Below, in pieces: positions 12,292 to 25,654 of a stretch of DNA of 64,000 nt. The position numbers and the translations under genes are program-made. The first letter of the stretch is position 1. Each line of letters opens with the position of its first letter. The stretch spans positions 682,001 through 746,000 of the forward strand of contig JANJGN010000121.1 in NCBI GenBank assembly GCA_026770705.1. Reading direction: 5' to 3'. The stretch is from Isurus oxyrinchus (Eukaryota). A model generated the notes under the pieces. The model was not told the DNA's origin and ran no database searches. It saw only the letters and a list, made by a program, of their open reading frames with translations.

Positions 12292-12388
12292 TTTCTCACA
12301 CAGATGAAGATGAAGATTCCAGCCAGGAAAACACTCAACATGATCCCAGCCGTGAACAATCCTACTGTCCATTTACTGGAGTCTCTAC
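12292..12388 (-). CDS. Unit B transmembrane exon, uncharged: RDSSKWTVGLFTAGIMLSVFLAGIFIFICVRK
   Basis: gtttttacag acceptor, AGAAA|gtaagt donor, ~24-aa hydrophobic stretch followed by RK; not in the ORF track. Confidence 0.85.
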
Positions 12389-13069
12389 CTGTAAAAACAA
12401 CCATTAATTACTGCACTACAGGTTTACAATGATGCTCCGATGTATCTCGAGAAGCGATACACTCACTCAGTGTTTAAATACTCATTCTCGGGCAATGCTG
12501 ACATTTATTTTCCATCCCTAGTTTCCCCTTGAGAAGGTGGTGGGGGGTCTTCCTCCTGAACCACTGGTTTGTCCCAAACTGGGAGACCAGTTCAGAGGGC
12601 AGGTAAGAGTTAACCATGTTGGTGTCTGAGACTGGAGTCACATACACACCCAGAACTTTTAAAATGGACAGGTTTTCCTCACTAAATGGACATTAGTGAC
12701 CCACCCTATACATGTGATCTCTATATACGTATCAAACAACCTCATTAAAATAATACATTATCAAATCACTGTCACCTTGCTTTGTGGGATCTTGCTGTGC
12801 ACAGGTTGGTGCCGTGTTTCCTACATTACAACATGACATTGCTTCAAACATATATCGTTGACTGTAAAGTGTTTCGTGACGATCTGGTCATTCAATAAAT
12901 ACAGGTCACCCTTTTCAATGTATCATTTATTGATAATTTGATCAATGAAATATATGAATATTAATCAAACTCCAATTTCTGCCTGTTTACTGTTGACTAA
13001 AACCTGCCAAGACCCTGAGTCACATGAGGTGATGTCAGGGACAGATGACCTTGTGAAGAGGGTGTAAGG

Positions 13070-13940
13070 AGGCTACAAATTGACAGAGAGAGGTTAAGTG
13101 AATGGGCAAAAAGTGCACAATGTGGGGAAATGTGAAATTGTCCATTTTGACAGGGAGAATAAAAAAGTAGCTTATTATCTCAATGGTGAGAGATTGCAGA
13201 GCTCTGAGATTCAGAGGGATCTGGGTGTCCTAGTGCATGAATCACAAAAGGTTAGTGTGCAGGAACAGCAGGTAATTCGGAAAGCGAATAGAATGTTATG
13301 ATTTACTGTGAGGGGCATTGAATCCAAACGTAGGGAGGTTACACTTCAGTTATACAGGGGGCTGGGGAGACCACAGCTGGAGCTTTGTGTTCAGTATTGG
13401 CCTCCTTATTTAGGGAAAGGTGTAAATGCATCAGGAGCAGTTCAGAGAAGGTTTATTGGACCAACACCAGGAATGGGCGGGTTGTCTTATGAGGACGGGC
13501 TGGACAAGTTAGACTTGTATCCACTGGCATTTAGAAGAGGAAGGGGAGACCTGATTGAGAGATTTAAGATCCTGAGGGGCCTTGACAGGGTGGATGTCGG
13601 GAGGATGTTTCCTCTTGTGGAAGAAGCTAGAACTAGGCGTCACTGATTAAAAATAAGGGTTTGATCATTTATGACAGAGATGAGGAGAAAATGTTTCCTC
13701 TCAGAGGGTCGTGAGGCTTTGGAACTCTTCCTGAAAAGGCAGGAAACAGAGTCTTTGAATATTTTTAAGGCGCAGCTCGATAGGTTCTTGATTCACAAAG
13801 GGGTGAAAGGTCATCAGGGGTGAGCAGGGAATGTGGGGTGGAGGTTACAATCAGGTCATCCATGACCTTATGGAAAGGTGGAACAGGCTCGAGGGGCTGA
13901 GTGGCCTCCTCCTGCTCCTCATTCCTGTGTTCGTATGTTT
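13070..13940 (+). mobile_element. 5'-truncated CR1 LINE (RT C-terminus and 3' UTR)
   Basis: 'KCEIVHF...QRDLGVLVH...LQLYRGLGRPQLELCVQYW' and tail ggctcgaggggctgagtggcctcctcctgctcct. Confidence 0.9.
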
Positions 13941-14047
13941 GTTTCACCAAAAGCTTTGTCAAAGAGATCGGTTTTAAGGAGCGTCCAAACTGAATGTTTC
14001 AACACAGCCCAAAAACCAGGACAGTGATCCAGAGTGATCCAGTGTGG

Positions 14048-14510
14048 NNNNNNNNNNNNNNNNNNNNNNNNNNNNNNNNNNNNNNNNNNNNNNNNNNNNN
14101 NNNNNNNNNNNNNNNNNNNNNNNNNNNNNNNNNNNNNNNNNNNNNNNNNNNNNNNNNNNNNNNNNNNNNNNNNNNNNNNNNNNNNNNNNNNNNNNNNNNN
14201 NNNNNNNNNNNNNNNNNNNNNNNNNNNNNNNNNNNNNNNNNNNNNNNNNNNNNNNNNNNNNNNNNNNNNNNNNNNNNNNNNNNNNNNNNNNNNNNNNNNN
14301 NNNTCTAGGTGTGTATGTGTGCGTGCGTCTGTGTNNNNNNNNNNNNNNNNNNNNNNNNNNNNNNNNNNNNNNNNNNNNNNNNNNNNNNNNNNNNNNNNNN
14401 NNNNNNNNNNNNNNNNNNNNNNNNNNNNNNNNNNNNNNNNNNNNNNNNNNNNNNNNNNNNNNNNNNNNNNNNNNNNNNNNNNNNNNNNNNNNNNNNNNNN
14501 NNNNNNNNNN
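14048..14510. other. Two assembly gaps (N 14048-14303 and 14335-14510) inside unit B
   Basis: Runs of n. Confidence 0.99.
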
Positions 14511-14677
14511 CTGCACTATCGGGGGGTCAGTAGGAAGGGAGCTCTGCAATGTCAGAAGTGAATTTTTATCAATAAAAGCAGATGATCTATTGTTAAACAA
14601 ACTGTAGTTTATGGGTTTTTACTGTGTACCATGTGGACTATAATGGCCAAATTAGAATAAAGGGTGTCTGTACTTAC

Positions 14678-14974
14678 CTTGTACAGTTAGTACGAGGGTC
14701 CGCTCCGATGAAACAGATGGATATCTCACTCTGCAGCTGAGATTGTGTCCGTGGTGTTTGAGTGATGGGATCAGGGTCAGAACAGAAGTATAGGTCAGAG
14801 TGACACCATGCTGAGTTACAGTGTTTGAGACTGATCCAGGTACGTCAGTGGGAGTGTCCCAGGTTAAGACAGGTGCTGCTGTTCCATTGCACGTTGTGTT
14901 GAAGGTGCAGCTTACATCCACACGCTTTCCTGCAATAATTTCAGCAGGGAATATCGTGGGTTTATCTGTGAAAT
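14678..14974 (-). CDS. Unit B Ig C2-set exon (DFTDKPTIFP...SCTFNTTC...LTW...LSCRVRY...LTVQ)
   Basis: tgttag acceptor, CAAG|gtaagt donor, 297 bp phase 1/1; extra Cys as in Siglec domain 2. Confidence 0.92.
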
Positions 14975-15702
14975 CTAACACACAGAAAATGGATCCTTTT
15001 AGAGAAATATAACGTGAAGCATCAGTTCAAATAGAAATCACAATCCCACAAGAGAAAGCACTTTTACAAGGATGATATCAGAACTGAGAGATCACAATGA
15101 TCAGGAGAGAATTTCCTGCTTTGACACTTTGGTGTTTCTGTCTCTCAGCGTAATACACGTTCACTCCGAGACACTTGAACTGATAATAGTGGGTGAGGGT
15201 GGTGGAGCAGACCAGAGTTTGGAGTGCACTACCCCATCATTCACTCAGCGATCTGGGCCATTTATTACTTTGCAATTTGTGGGAGCTTGCTGTGTGCAAA
15301 TTGGCTGCTGTGTTTCTCACATTACAACAGTAAATACAATTCAGGAATCAGCTCATTGGCTGTGAAGTGATTTGGTACGTTCTGAGGTGGTGAAAGGCAC
15401 TATAGAAATGTGAATCTTTCTTATGTCGATATGTCAGACTTCGAGACAGGATTAGAGAGATCGATGGGAGTGGATAACCTGATAACATTGATGGACACAG
15501 TCAATATATTTAATCATTGATATTAAAGTGAGTATTAGAGGTTGCTTTAGGACTGAACTGGAAGCTATCACCAGGTTATTGAGAATCAGACAGTGTGTTA
15601 TAATAAGCTGTGTTTTGTGTTAATATGTAAACGTCACAGTTTGTGTTATTTCCCATTGAGTGTTGAATGTGAATTGTTGAGTAATTATAACACAGCACTT
15701 AC

Positions 15703-16071
15703 CAGAAACGTGAAGCTGGGTTACAGGGTAATAGTTATGGCTCGGACCTTTGTCAAATTCTATTCTGAAAAAATAAGGTCCTGCATCTTCCCATCTGATG
15801 TTGTTTATAATCAGGGAACAGTCGCCATCTTTCAGGTCTCCAGACAGCCGGGTCCGATGGTGGAACCGTGGTAACTCGTGATTGTGAACCTTGGAGTGAA
15901 AGGCAATGGGAGCCCAGGGAATCTGTTTCTCATTATTAAACCAGACTCCAGCTCGCGGTCGGTTTTCCAAATGTGCTGGATAACTGTAATGACATGGAAT
16001 CTGTACACACGAACCTTCCTGCGCTGTCACCTCTCGTGGAGTGTCACCTTTCCACTCTTGTGACAGTCCAA
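15703..16071 (-). CDS. Unit B Siglec-type V-set exon V1 (GSCVQIPCHY...GDCSLII...GPYFFRIEF)
   Basis: ccccag acceptor, TCTG|gtaagt donor, 369 bp; Siglec Cys pattern and F-strand Arg (cf. CD33 SYFFRME). Confidence 0.92.
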
Positions 16072-16464
16072 CTGGGGAGTGAAATGTCAATATTTAACTC
16101 TGGATGTTTTTTCGATCCACTAGACTTGATATCCGGTCTGGATCCGAGCACAGGAGACACGGGAGGGAGTGACTAACAGGCTCCTTGTGACAGGCCCCGT
16201 CTGTCCAATGGCTGGCTTTCAGCTGCCAAGGCCAGAGTGGTCCTTGCTAAAACTGGCTCAGGACAGGCCAGGACCTCTGTGCAGACCCCCTCCAGCGCTG
16301 CAGCCTCTGTACAAACCCCTCATGCGCTTGTGGAGAGACACAAACAAGGCTGCACATTACCGAGGAGAATCCCCTCTACGGACTAAGGGACTGACTCATC
16401 ACCTTAAACTCAGCAAATGAGGAGGCTCTCGCTCGGTATCGGGGCTTGGCATTGGCTCAATAAA

Positions 16465-16670
16465 AATAAGAGCTGTTTCAGCACAGTGGCTGGGGTGGGA
16501 ACCTGATTGGAGGGATTCAAACATGGAGTTCCGGGAATGATGGGAACGGATTCGGGAGATGGAAACACGTTCAAGGACTTTGGAGGGGATAGAGAGGCTG
16601 GAGATGGGACGGGGGTTTACACGGACAGTGTGAGGGGTGGAAGGTGTAGTGGGGAGGAGACACTTCACTC
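16465..16670 (-). mobile_element. L2-like LINE RT fragment, truncated relative to paralog 63660-64000
   Basis: 'PISSLSIPSKVLERV...FESLQSGSHPSHCAETAL'. Confidence 0.75.
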
Positions 16671-16888
16671 AGGGGGGAGGTGTCATCACCCCTCAGCTCG
16701 GTTTACGTTACAGCTATGATGTGGATTCAATCACACACAATAAGCTCATGGATCTGGGAGCAGAAATAGACAAATCATTAAAAATAGTGACGCTGGTTAA
16801 CACGGCCAAAAAACAAGCAAATCAAACACTATTATTTCCCATTGAGTGTTGGATGTGAATTGTTGAGTAATTATAACACAGCACTTAC

Positions 16889-17254
16889 CAGAAACATGAA
16901 GCTGGGTTTCAGGACGGTCGTTGTATCTATTCCTGCTGTCAAAATCTGTTCTGAATAAATAATATCCTGCATCTTCCCGTCTGATGTTGTTTATAATCAG
17001 GGAACAGTCACCATCTTTCAGGTCTCCAGAAAGCCGGGTCCGATGGTGGAACCATGGTAACTCGCGACTGTGATCCTTGGAGTGAAAGGCTATAGACCAT
17101 GTTTCCCAATTCCTTCTCATATACCAGATTCCAACAGGTGATCTCGGTACTAAATATGATGGGTAGCTGTAATGACACAGAATCTGTACACACGAACCTT
17201 CCTGCGCTGTTACCTCTCGTGGAGTGTCACCTTTCCACACTTGTGGTAGTCCAG
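16889..17254 (-). CDS. Unit B Siglec-type V-set exon V2 (GSCVQILCHY...WYMRRNWETWS...GYYLFRTDF)
   Basis: ccctag acceptor, TCTG|gtaagt donor, 366-bp open frame, Arg retained. Confidence 0.88.
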
Positions 17255-17644
17255 CTAGGGGGAGAAATATCAATATTTAACTCTGAATGTTTTGTCAATC
17301 CACTAGACGCAAAATCCACCCCCTCCATCACTGGGGCACAGTGGCTGCAGTCTGGTCTCACAACGAATGCCTCAATGTTTCACAACTCATTGAAGAGAAT
17401 CCTGGATACAGGAGTGGACAAGTTCATTCTACATTGGCTCGTGGCCCTCAGGAACCTGTTTAGTGAAGCCAGTCTTCCACCCAACACAGTGTCTACAAGA
17501 CACACTAATTGAAGTGAGTTCACTGCTGATTTACAACGTAGGACAATGGATTTGGAGCCTTCAGAATTCCCCCATTATCACCATCATGAATCATGAATTG
17601 GCCTAGCTGTCCTAGATCCTCAGTGTCTAAGGCAGTGGTTCCTA

Positions 17645-19880
17645 TTGTGATGTAAGTATAATAATTTTCATAATATTTTATAGTATATTGTGAAGTAGGT
17701 TTATGGGGGTACGCATGATGGGTCTGCATGTGATTTAAGTACATTTGGAGTTAATTAGATTGGAAGTTTAAAATGATCAAAAGGAACTAGGTGCTTGACA
17801 TGCTATTGAGGAAACATGGATGCTGCTTAGCATGGAAGGTATGAAGAGAATTTGCATTTTTATCTCAATGAAGGGGTTGTTGGATTTCAAAGGAATCTTA
17901 GTTTGTTTACAACTAGCCAGATAAGCAAGACTAAGGAATGTGTTTATTTTTCTCAAAGGCTCCTGGCAATATGGGCACCACAAAAGAATTTGTTATGAGG
18001 AAGATACAGTTTCAAAAACATTTGGAACAATAGAATTTTCATGTTACAAAGAGAGAAATATATATCTATCAGGGGGAATGAAAGGCTATGTGTCAGAATG
18101 CCATGTAAGATCTAACACGAGTGTGTGATATAGTCTTAATGAAACCTCTAGCTATTGTGCACAAGCCTGCTATCCAACAGAACTGAAGTTGGGGAAAAGC
18201 CACTTGGAATTCCTCTGTGCAGGGTATTGCTATTGTATTGTGTTAACTTGCTGAGTTGTTTTAAATATAAAGTCTATTTTTGGACCATTGCCTTAAAGGG
18301 AGTATAACTGGGAGTCAGGTTAATTTGTAATTTTAAGAATTATTATAGTGGTAATTGTAGAGTTATGTATGTGCTTGAAATCTTTTATTTTGAGAGCAAG
18401 TATTTTAATTTAATTTTCAAATCTCTAAAGGTCTTGGTGTAATTATTGCTTCTGAATTCAGTGCACACATCTCATAATAAATACAAATTGCAAAATCATT
18501 ATGATAGTGTGACCAGGTTTCTCTCAGGGACTTGGTCTGCCTGGCACACATCACCTGCCAAGTGATAACACTGTTGTAATATGCCTTTCAGGGATAGCAG
18601 CATGACATCACTCGAGGGGAAGTGTGTCATGTGATTTTTAGGAAGTGGGGATAGATTAAGGAAGTTCTATGTGTATTTGTGTGTGTTAGGCATAAGGTCT
18701 ATCTTTAAGTTCAAGTTTAGTTTGATTTCTGAATTTGTGTGTTAGGAAAGTGGGAGACTTGAGTTTTGGTTTCATTTTTACAGAAGCCAGCAATCGAATG
18801 AGGTTTGGTGACTCTTAAATGAAAGTCAAAACAAACACAAGGTGTAAGGAACCCTGCTGTTGCCTGGCAACAGTGATCCAGAGGGAAGGACTCACAGAGA
18901 CCGAGAAAAACAGAAAAGTACTTTCAGTTCTGTTGAAAGGAGTTGCCAGGAGAAGCAGCAAAGGAGCGGGACAGATAGTCAGTCCCAAAGTAAAGAAGAA
19001 GCCAAAACCATCGAGTTTGACAGGAGAAAGGGCCCAAGAAAACCTTCTAGTCAAATCTGGAAAAGGCCCTGTTAAGTGAAGTTAAGAGTGAGGAGCAGAA
19101 GAAGGCTTCAAGCTTAAAGGAAGAAGCAGCAGGACACAGACCTAAAGCAAAATAGGCTTGCGAGAAGCCAGAAGATCCTAGGAGACACCACAGGTTGGTG
19201 ACTCATTACTACGGCCATGTGAAGCCATGGTGTTCCATTGACACGGCTGAGCATTGGAGAGACAGGGCGTGGAAGGAAGGCTGAATGCACGTGGCGATCC
19301 GGGGGCAGGAACATGGGAAGGAGAGTTTGAAATAGTGAAAGTGGACCCTTGTGGAAGGTGTCTGAGTGAAAGTGTCATGTTGGAGAAGATTCCAAAGTGA
19401 GTTCTTGGAGAGTGGAGATTGGAAACCCTCATATGGATATCTCAGTTCAGTGAGACTGGTTGGCTCACAGTGTAACAAGCGTCTGGGGTCAGATGAGGAG
19501 GGAGACTTGGCATTTGTTTCAAGTGGGTTCTGTCAGTTTCTTTAAGAATGTGGTGTCCCTGACCCCAGGTCGTCTATTGGTTTACATCGACTGTGTACTT
19601 AGTGTGAACATAAGAGTATAAGATAGCTACTGTAACTTATGTTCTACTTATGAATCTGTAAATGTATAGGTCTGGGTGAAGGAGGAATGTAATATAGTTT
19701 GTCTTTCCTAGTTTAATAAATGTTTTATTCTTTAGTTAGAAGTTCATCGGATGACTCCTGTGACTCTGTTCAGTAGCCGCACTCTACATTCCTAAATAAA
19801 AAATAAAAGTTAGGACCTATCAAGCTGAGTTCCACCCTGGGATCTGACTTGCCCAGTAGTAATATCAGCTGGGATGATAA
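17645..19880 (+). mobile_element. Two adjacent LTR-like elements (~17645-18570 and ~18572-19880), mirrored at ~61125-62850
   Basis: TG...ATAACA-like ends, AATAAA signals, no coherent coding capacity. Confidence 0.45.
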
Positions 19881-20685
19881 CACCATCCAGTCCAAGTTTC
19901 ACTTTGGCCTGTGAGCAGAACACAGCTCACACAGTTTGGCTGCAGGTGTCTCCCAGCTTTCTATCCTTGTATATCTGTTCTCATGTCCCCATTCTAAATA
20001 AATGAACCCACAATGTGTTTACCCAATTCCGTATCAGGGGCTGGTGCCTTTATATCATTATAAAAACACAACATGGTGATGAGCGGTGGCCAAACATTCT
20101 GGCAGCAAGATTCAGTACAGGTATGACGTGGTGAATAGACTTAGATTGAGCTACATGACATGAGACGACCCTCGACGCTTTGGTCAGACCACAACAGAGA
20201 CACAGCATCAGAGAGGGTTGAAATCGCAGTGTACTGACTGCTCAGGAAACCTTTGAAGACACAGTGATGGGACAGAGCTCAAGTAAAGAGCTGGGGAGCA
20301 GACGGATCCCTCGTGGTGAGATTACAGCACACGGCCTGTAGGTCAGTGAGTGGGACAGTGTGTATCGCCAGGACCAGCAGCAGGTTAGCTCAGTCAGGGA
20401 AGGCGAGTGACCAGGGTGTGGGCTGGATCGATAGTGAGCGAGGGAGAGTCAAACACACAAAAACCATTATAAAAATCAGGCCAGAGAAGTTAGTGATTAT
20501 AACGGGCGGCTTCGAGATTGCTGAACAGCAAATTGAATAAAAAACAAAGACTCCATTACTCCGTGGTGTGTTCCTGCCACAACCCGTCTCCGTGGGCAGA
20601 GCTTCGGAAAAGCACACAAAAGGGGCTAAAGCGACACTCATCCCAGGTCCTGTAGGAGAAGGAAGGTCAAAGGAATATTGTCAGA

Positions 20686-21857
20686 ATGTCCACGAAATTC
20701 CCCAGTTTGAACTGGGATGTAGCTGACCGACTATCTGAATTCAGAATGTTTAAACAGCGTACAGAGCTCTGGTTTCCTGATTCAGGTGTGCCTGAACCAG
20801 ACGAGCAAGCCATAAAAATTCACCTCGCGATTGGGAATGAAGGTCTACACAGGCTGAACACGTCAGGATTAACAGCAGAAGAGCGAAAGGATCCCCAATA
20901 GATATGGACGACATTGGAAGACAGGTTCAGAATCAGGTGAAACTCCATATTCATCAACTAGAGTTTATGTCATTTCATCAGCCTACACAATCCATAGACC
21001 ACTTCATCAGCCGATGTAGAGAAAAGGGTACGCACTGTGATTTCAAACACAGAGCCTGCAGACAGAGTTGTTGAGTTGGTGATCGCATCCACTCCCATGG
21101 AAGCCTTCCAGAAAGATCTGCTAGATAAGACCAAAACCTAAAGCATTGAAGAGTTACTCTAGGATGGACATAAATACGAAGTGATCCTCTCAGGTCAACG
21201 AAGCTTACAGGTCCTCAGTACAACATCAATTGTTGACACACTCACTAGAACATCCAAACCTAGTGAGACGTGTGGAAGGTGTGGCCTTCTGCAGGCACCA
21301 AGTAAATGCCCAGCTTTCCACCAATCCATCAAGGCTTGTGGCAGAAATGGCCATTGACAGCGGCAGGGCACTAGAGCAAAGGCTGATGCAGCTTCAAAGA
21401 GCCGTGCGCTGATCCAAACAGACCCTACACAACTGGGAACCTTCAAGCAATAAGAATGACCATCCGCTATCCCATCAGGAACATATAGATGTGGTGACTG
21501 ACAAAACAGGAAATGGCGATGATGTGCACGATGAGACGAGGAGCGGTGATCGATATTCCACCTCTCACACATATCCTGACGTGGCTTGCCAATAAATTGT
21601 GGATTGTTGTCCTTAATGATATCTCTGCGCACATCAAATAAACTGAAAATGTCCCATAGGGGTGGGATTTTCTAGCCCCACCCACTTCCATGATTGTCCG
21701 GTCCGGCCGAAAGCCAATGGATTTATGTCTGTCGCAGTCTCAGAAACTATCCCATCAGCTCAGTTCATGACATAACATTGAAATATGCAGAAAGTTTCAA
21801 CAATATTGGTAGTTTCAAGGGAGCTGCAACATTACACCTGCAGGAGAATGCAAGTCT
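20686..21857 (+). mobile_element. Decayed, internally deleted Gypsy-type gag(-pol) remnant (mirror 59150-60323 on -)
   Basis: 'MSTKFPSLNW...FRMFKQRTELWF' gag-like N-terminus; Cys/His knuckle CGRCG..C..CKACGRKGH in the paralog. Confidence 0.65.
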
Positions 21858-22050
21858 GTCAGACTCCTTGCATTAAAATAAATACAATCCAACTTTGCCA
21901 CGCTATCTTGAGCCTTAAATGGCCAATAATTTCTCTGCCTTCCAGGTTCATTTGCACTCTCTTCTAATTTTGGCTGTGCATCTCTCTCTGTTGAACCTCC
22001 TCTCGGGATCCCATCCCCTGCCATATTAGTTTAAAGCCTCCTCAATTGCA
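21858..22050 (-). mobile_element. Remnant of a CR1 ORF2 start (APE endonuclease N-terminus)
   Basis: 'LDCIYFNARSLT' matches 55400-55584. Confidence 0.8.
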
Positions 22051-23249
22051 TCAAGGGTATAATGTCAATTGAAACCAGGGGCAACATCGAAGAATGACAA
22101 TCCCACAGATCAATGTGAGCAATTAAAGAAACCTCCAGACAATTTTGCCACCACAAGATCTCGACATAACAGCAGATTACCTCTACGCTTTAGAGACTCA
22201 AATATTCAACAGATCTATACACTTATGTAATTGTCAAGAAATATGAAAATGATACCAGAAACCTCTTGTTCCCTGTCCTTCTCAAAGATCCATCCCTGCA
22301 GCAGGAGCCTGAAGAGTTACTGATGTAGGGCTTAATTTATCAGATTGTAGAATGATCCGGAACAGAAGGATGCCATTTGGCCCATCGAGCCTGTGCTGGG
22401 CCTTTGAAAGATCTGTCCAATTAGTCCCACTTTCACCTCTGCTCTCTCCTCCACAGCCCTGCAAAATGTTCCCTTCAAGTATTTATCCAGTTCCCCTTCT
22501 GAAAGTTCCTGTTGAATCTGCTTCCACCGGCCTTTCAGGCAGTGAGTCAATGGTCTCTCTCTGAGCTGCAAAGTGCTCAGATTCTGTGAAATTTAAACTC
22601 TGCAGCAGGTCAGAGACACTCATGATAACTCAGAATATTTGACAGTTTTACACACAGACAGCTTTACCTTCCTTCTCTCTTTCAGTTATCTTGCTCCCTT
22701 ATTGAAGTATCTAGCATGGTGAGAATGGGCAGGAAGTGTGACACTGAACAGCCTGTCTATTCTAGGAGCTGATGTGTTGTCTTCATGGGAAATTCTGACT
22801 AAAATCAGCAAAAGACACAAAATTTCAGGGCATTGTTATCCGAGTCCCAGCATCAGGATAGACTTCATCCCCCAGTTTTTATCCCTGATTCTCTATTCAG
22901 CCGATCGCTCCCCTGTCAATGGCTGAGGTACACTGGCTCCCAGTCCAGCAATGACTCAATTTTCAAATTCTCATAATCGATTTTTACCCCACCATCCCCC
23001 CTCTACACTCCCGATCCCTGTAACCTCCTGCAACCCTAAAACCCTTTGAGATCTCTGCTCTCCTCCAATTCTGCTGTCAGACAGGGAGTCAGTGTATATC
23101 ACTGAGCACAGGGGTGATGGGTGAATGGGACTTGGTGTGAGTTTGTACACTGGCTCACTGCTGAATCGGTTCCCAATCACAGCTCAATAAGAATGATCTT
23201 TTACAAAGACTATTCACCATAAACCTGTCCGAGCTGACGATGTTATTAC

Positions 23250-23289
23250 CTTGGAGAAGAGACAGGAGGAAATAGGATTTCCCGATCAT
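23250..23289 (-). CDS. Unit B signal-peptide exon coding part (MIGKSYFLLSLLQ); exon 23250-23331
   Basis: ATG at 23289, CAAG|gtaat donor; splices in frame to V2 or V1. Confidence 0.85.
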
Positions 23290-23739
23290 TGTCCACTCCC
23301 AGATATTTCATAAGCTTCTGACTCTCAAACTCTGAAAGAGAAAGGAGTTAATGAGACCTCACCTCTTGTCCGACAGCTCTCAAGAGATCAGAACTGCTTT
23401 TGGACAATGTCTTAACAGACTAATTTGATTCTCTGTGGGATGATAGGTGCTCTGCAGAGAGTTACAAGGCTTTAAGAAAGAAAAACATTGAAGGATTTGC
23501 ATTTCTATAGCACCTTTCACCAGCTCAGGATGTCCCAAAGCTCATGTCTCTGCACTTCCCTCATCGCTTGAGCTAGAAAGATGTTCTGTACAACAGACTT
23601 GAGTCTCACACCCAGATCTCGAAAACCAGTAGAAATCTTTCAAAGGCATCAATCATTGGAATCTGTCTTTATAAAGTCACAACATCAACAAAGGACGGTG
23701 TTGGTCATGGAAGTGAATTCCAATCGTTCTGTTACTTAC

Positions 23740-23885
23740 CCAGGACCTGTCCGACTGCTCGCCTGGGGAGGAACTGCCCACACGCTCTGCTTGGGCTGAA
23801 TGACCTCTTCCTGTGCTGCTCCCTCTGTGTGTTTAATTAGAAAGGGTGGATGTGTCACTGTGAGACAAAATGAGGAAGTGGGTAA
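23740..23885 (-). promoter_or_regulatory. Unit B non-coding exon 1 and promoter (ETS/PU.1-like GAGGAAGTG at 23872-23880)
   Basis: Conserved donor and motif block. Confidence 0.6.
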
Positions 23886-24114
23886 CCAGTGAGAAGATCG
23901 AGGATGTTTTGTGCTCTCAGCAAAACGTTTACCATGTGATGATCTGTCAGCTCATATTTGGGCAGCTGTAGTCATGAAGCTTCTCCATTGGCTCTGTGGG
24001 ATTAGACTCCTCCTCCTCACCTCGGAGGCTGAAACTCAGGCGATAAGAGTTCCCAATACAGATCTCTGGCCTTATGATACATTTCAACGATCCCTGTTAT
24101 CATTACAAAGTGAG

Positions 24115-24930
24115 TGCTGCACTGTCAGCGGGACTTTACTGTGGGAGTGCTGCACTATCAGAGGGTCAGTAATGTGGGAGGGCTGCACTGTCAGAGGGTC
24201 CGTAATGTGGGAGTGCTGCACTGTCGGAGGGTCTGTACTGAATGAGTTCCGCACAGTTGGAGGGTCAGTATTGAGGGTGTGCCGGATTGTGGAAGGGTTA
24301 GTACTGAGGTAGAGCGGAGTGTGAGGAGATATTCTTTCATGGCAAAGTTTAACTGGAATTTATTTAAACAGAGATTCTTGTACTGTGTGTTATTGCAAAA
24401 GAAATGATTTGAGGAACTAAGTCTTGTTCCCGTAAGCCTAAAAATAATTTTCAACGATTTCAATGATTTAGCAATGAAACCTCCCTCTTTGGGCACCAGT
24501 CTTGATTGAAACAACTCGCACAGCACTGTGGGAGGGGGAGTACTGAGGGTGTGCTGCACTGTGGGAGGGTGAGTCCTGAGGGAGGGCTGCACTGTGGGAG
24601 GGTGTGTACAGAGTGAGGGCTGCACTGTGGGAGGGTGAGAATTGAGGGAGTGCTGCACTGTGGGAGCGTCAGTACTGAGGGAGTGCTGAACTGTCGGAAG
24701 GTCAGTAGTGAGGGAAGGATACAGTATCAGAGGATCAGTACTGAGGGAATGCTACACTGTGGGTGGGTGAGTACTGAGGGAGTGCTGCACTGTCAGAAGG
24801 TCAGTGCTGACGGGGTGCTGCATTTGAAAAGGGTCAATAATGAGGTAGTGCAGCACTGTCAGAGGGACAGTAATGAGGGAGCGCTGCACTGACGGAGGGT
24901 CAGCACTGAGGAAACGCTGCACTGTCAGTT
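24115..24930 (-). repeat. 33-bp satellite arrays (24115-24310 and 24525-24930)
   Basis: agtactgagggagtgctgcactgt units. Confidence 0.9.
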
Positions 24931-25654
24931 CTGAGCATGGTCTGCACTGTCCTAAGTGCATTCTAGGCACTGCCCAAGGTTCCGCCTGATGTCTGTGTAA
25001 CAACAACATCATGTACACGTCGAGAATATTTCTCACTGTGTCGGTGCAGCAAGACAGCTTTGGAATGGCACCACCACTGGCAGGAGTGTGAAACTACAAT
25101 GTGACATGTTTACATGGGAAATTTCTATTATAAAGATGGGCACAGGAATTCATATGATAGAGAAAATGTGACAACATGAAGTAATGTCTTTGAGCCAAAA
25201 ATTTGGCTGCAAAATAAGAATTTTAATCTATAAATATTTACAGAACAGGCTGAGCATTTTAATCACTTGTGTTAATCAATGTAATTTTATTCATAACACA
25301 AATGCTTCTTACAATCTATCGCAGCATGAAAAAGGTGCAGCATTCAGAAAGCACATTCCAATCAGAGAACAGAGTTTAGCAATGTCACATTTCTGTTCAT
25401 TCCTATTCGACCATGTTGGCTGCACACAGCCAGACAATGCCGTGGTTATGATGTGTCCACACAGCAGGACTGGGGAGCACCAGGTATAAGGAAAAGTTTC
25501 AGCTTGCTGAGGAGAAGAAGGAGAATCTCTCGTTGCAGGTTTCTCTCCGTACATTAAGAAGCAGGCATGCCGATGTTTCATTGCACTCTGTCTGCTGATG
25601 GGAGTCCGCTTGGAAATTGCTGTTTGTGCTGATGGAAAGAATAAGCTTTTCATA

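Noticed and set aside
13974-14607. ORFs spanning the N runs
   Set aside because: Artefacts of the assembly gaps
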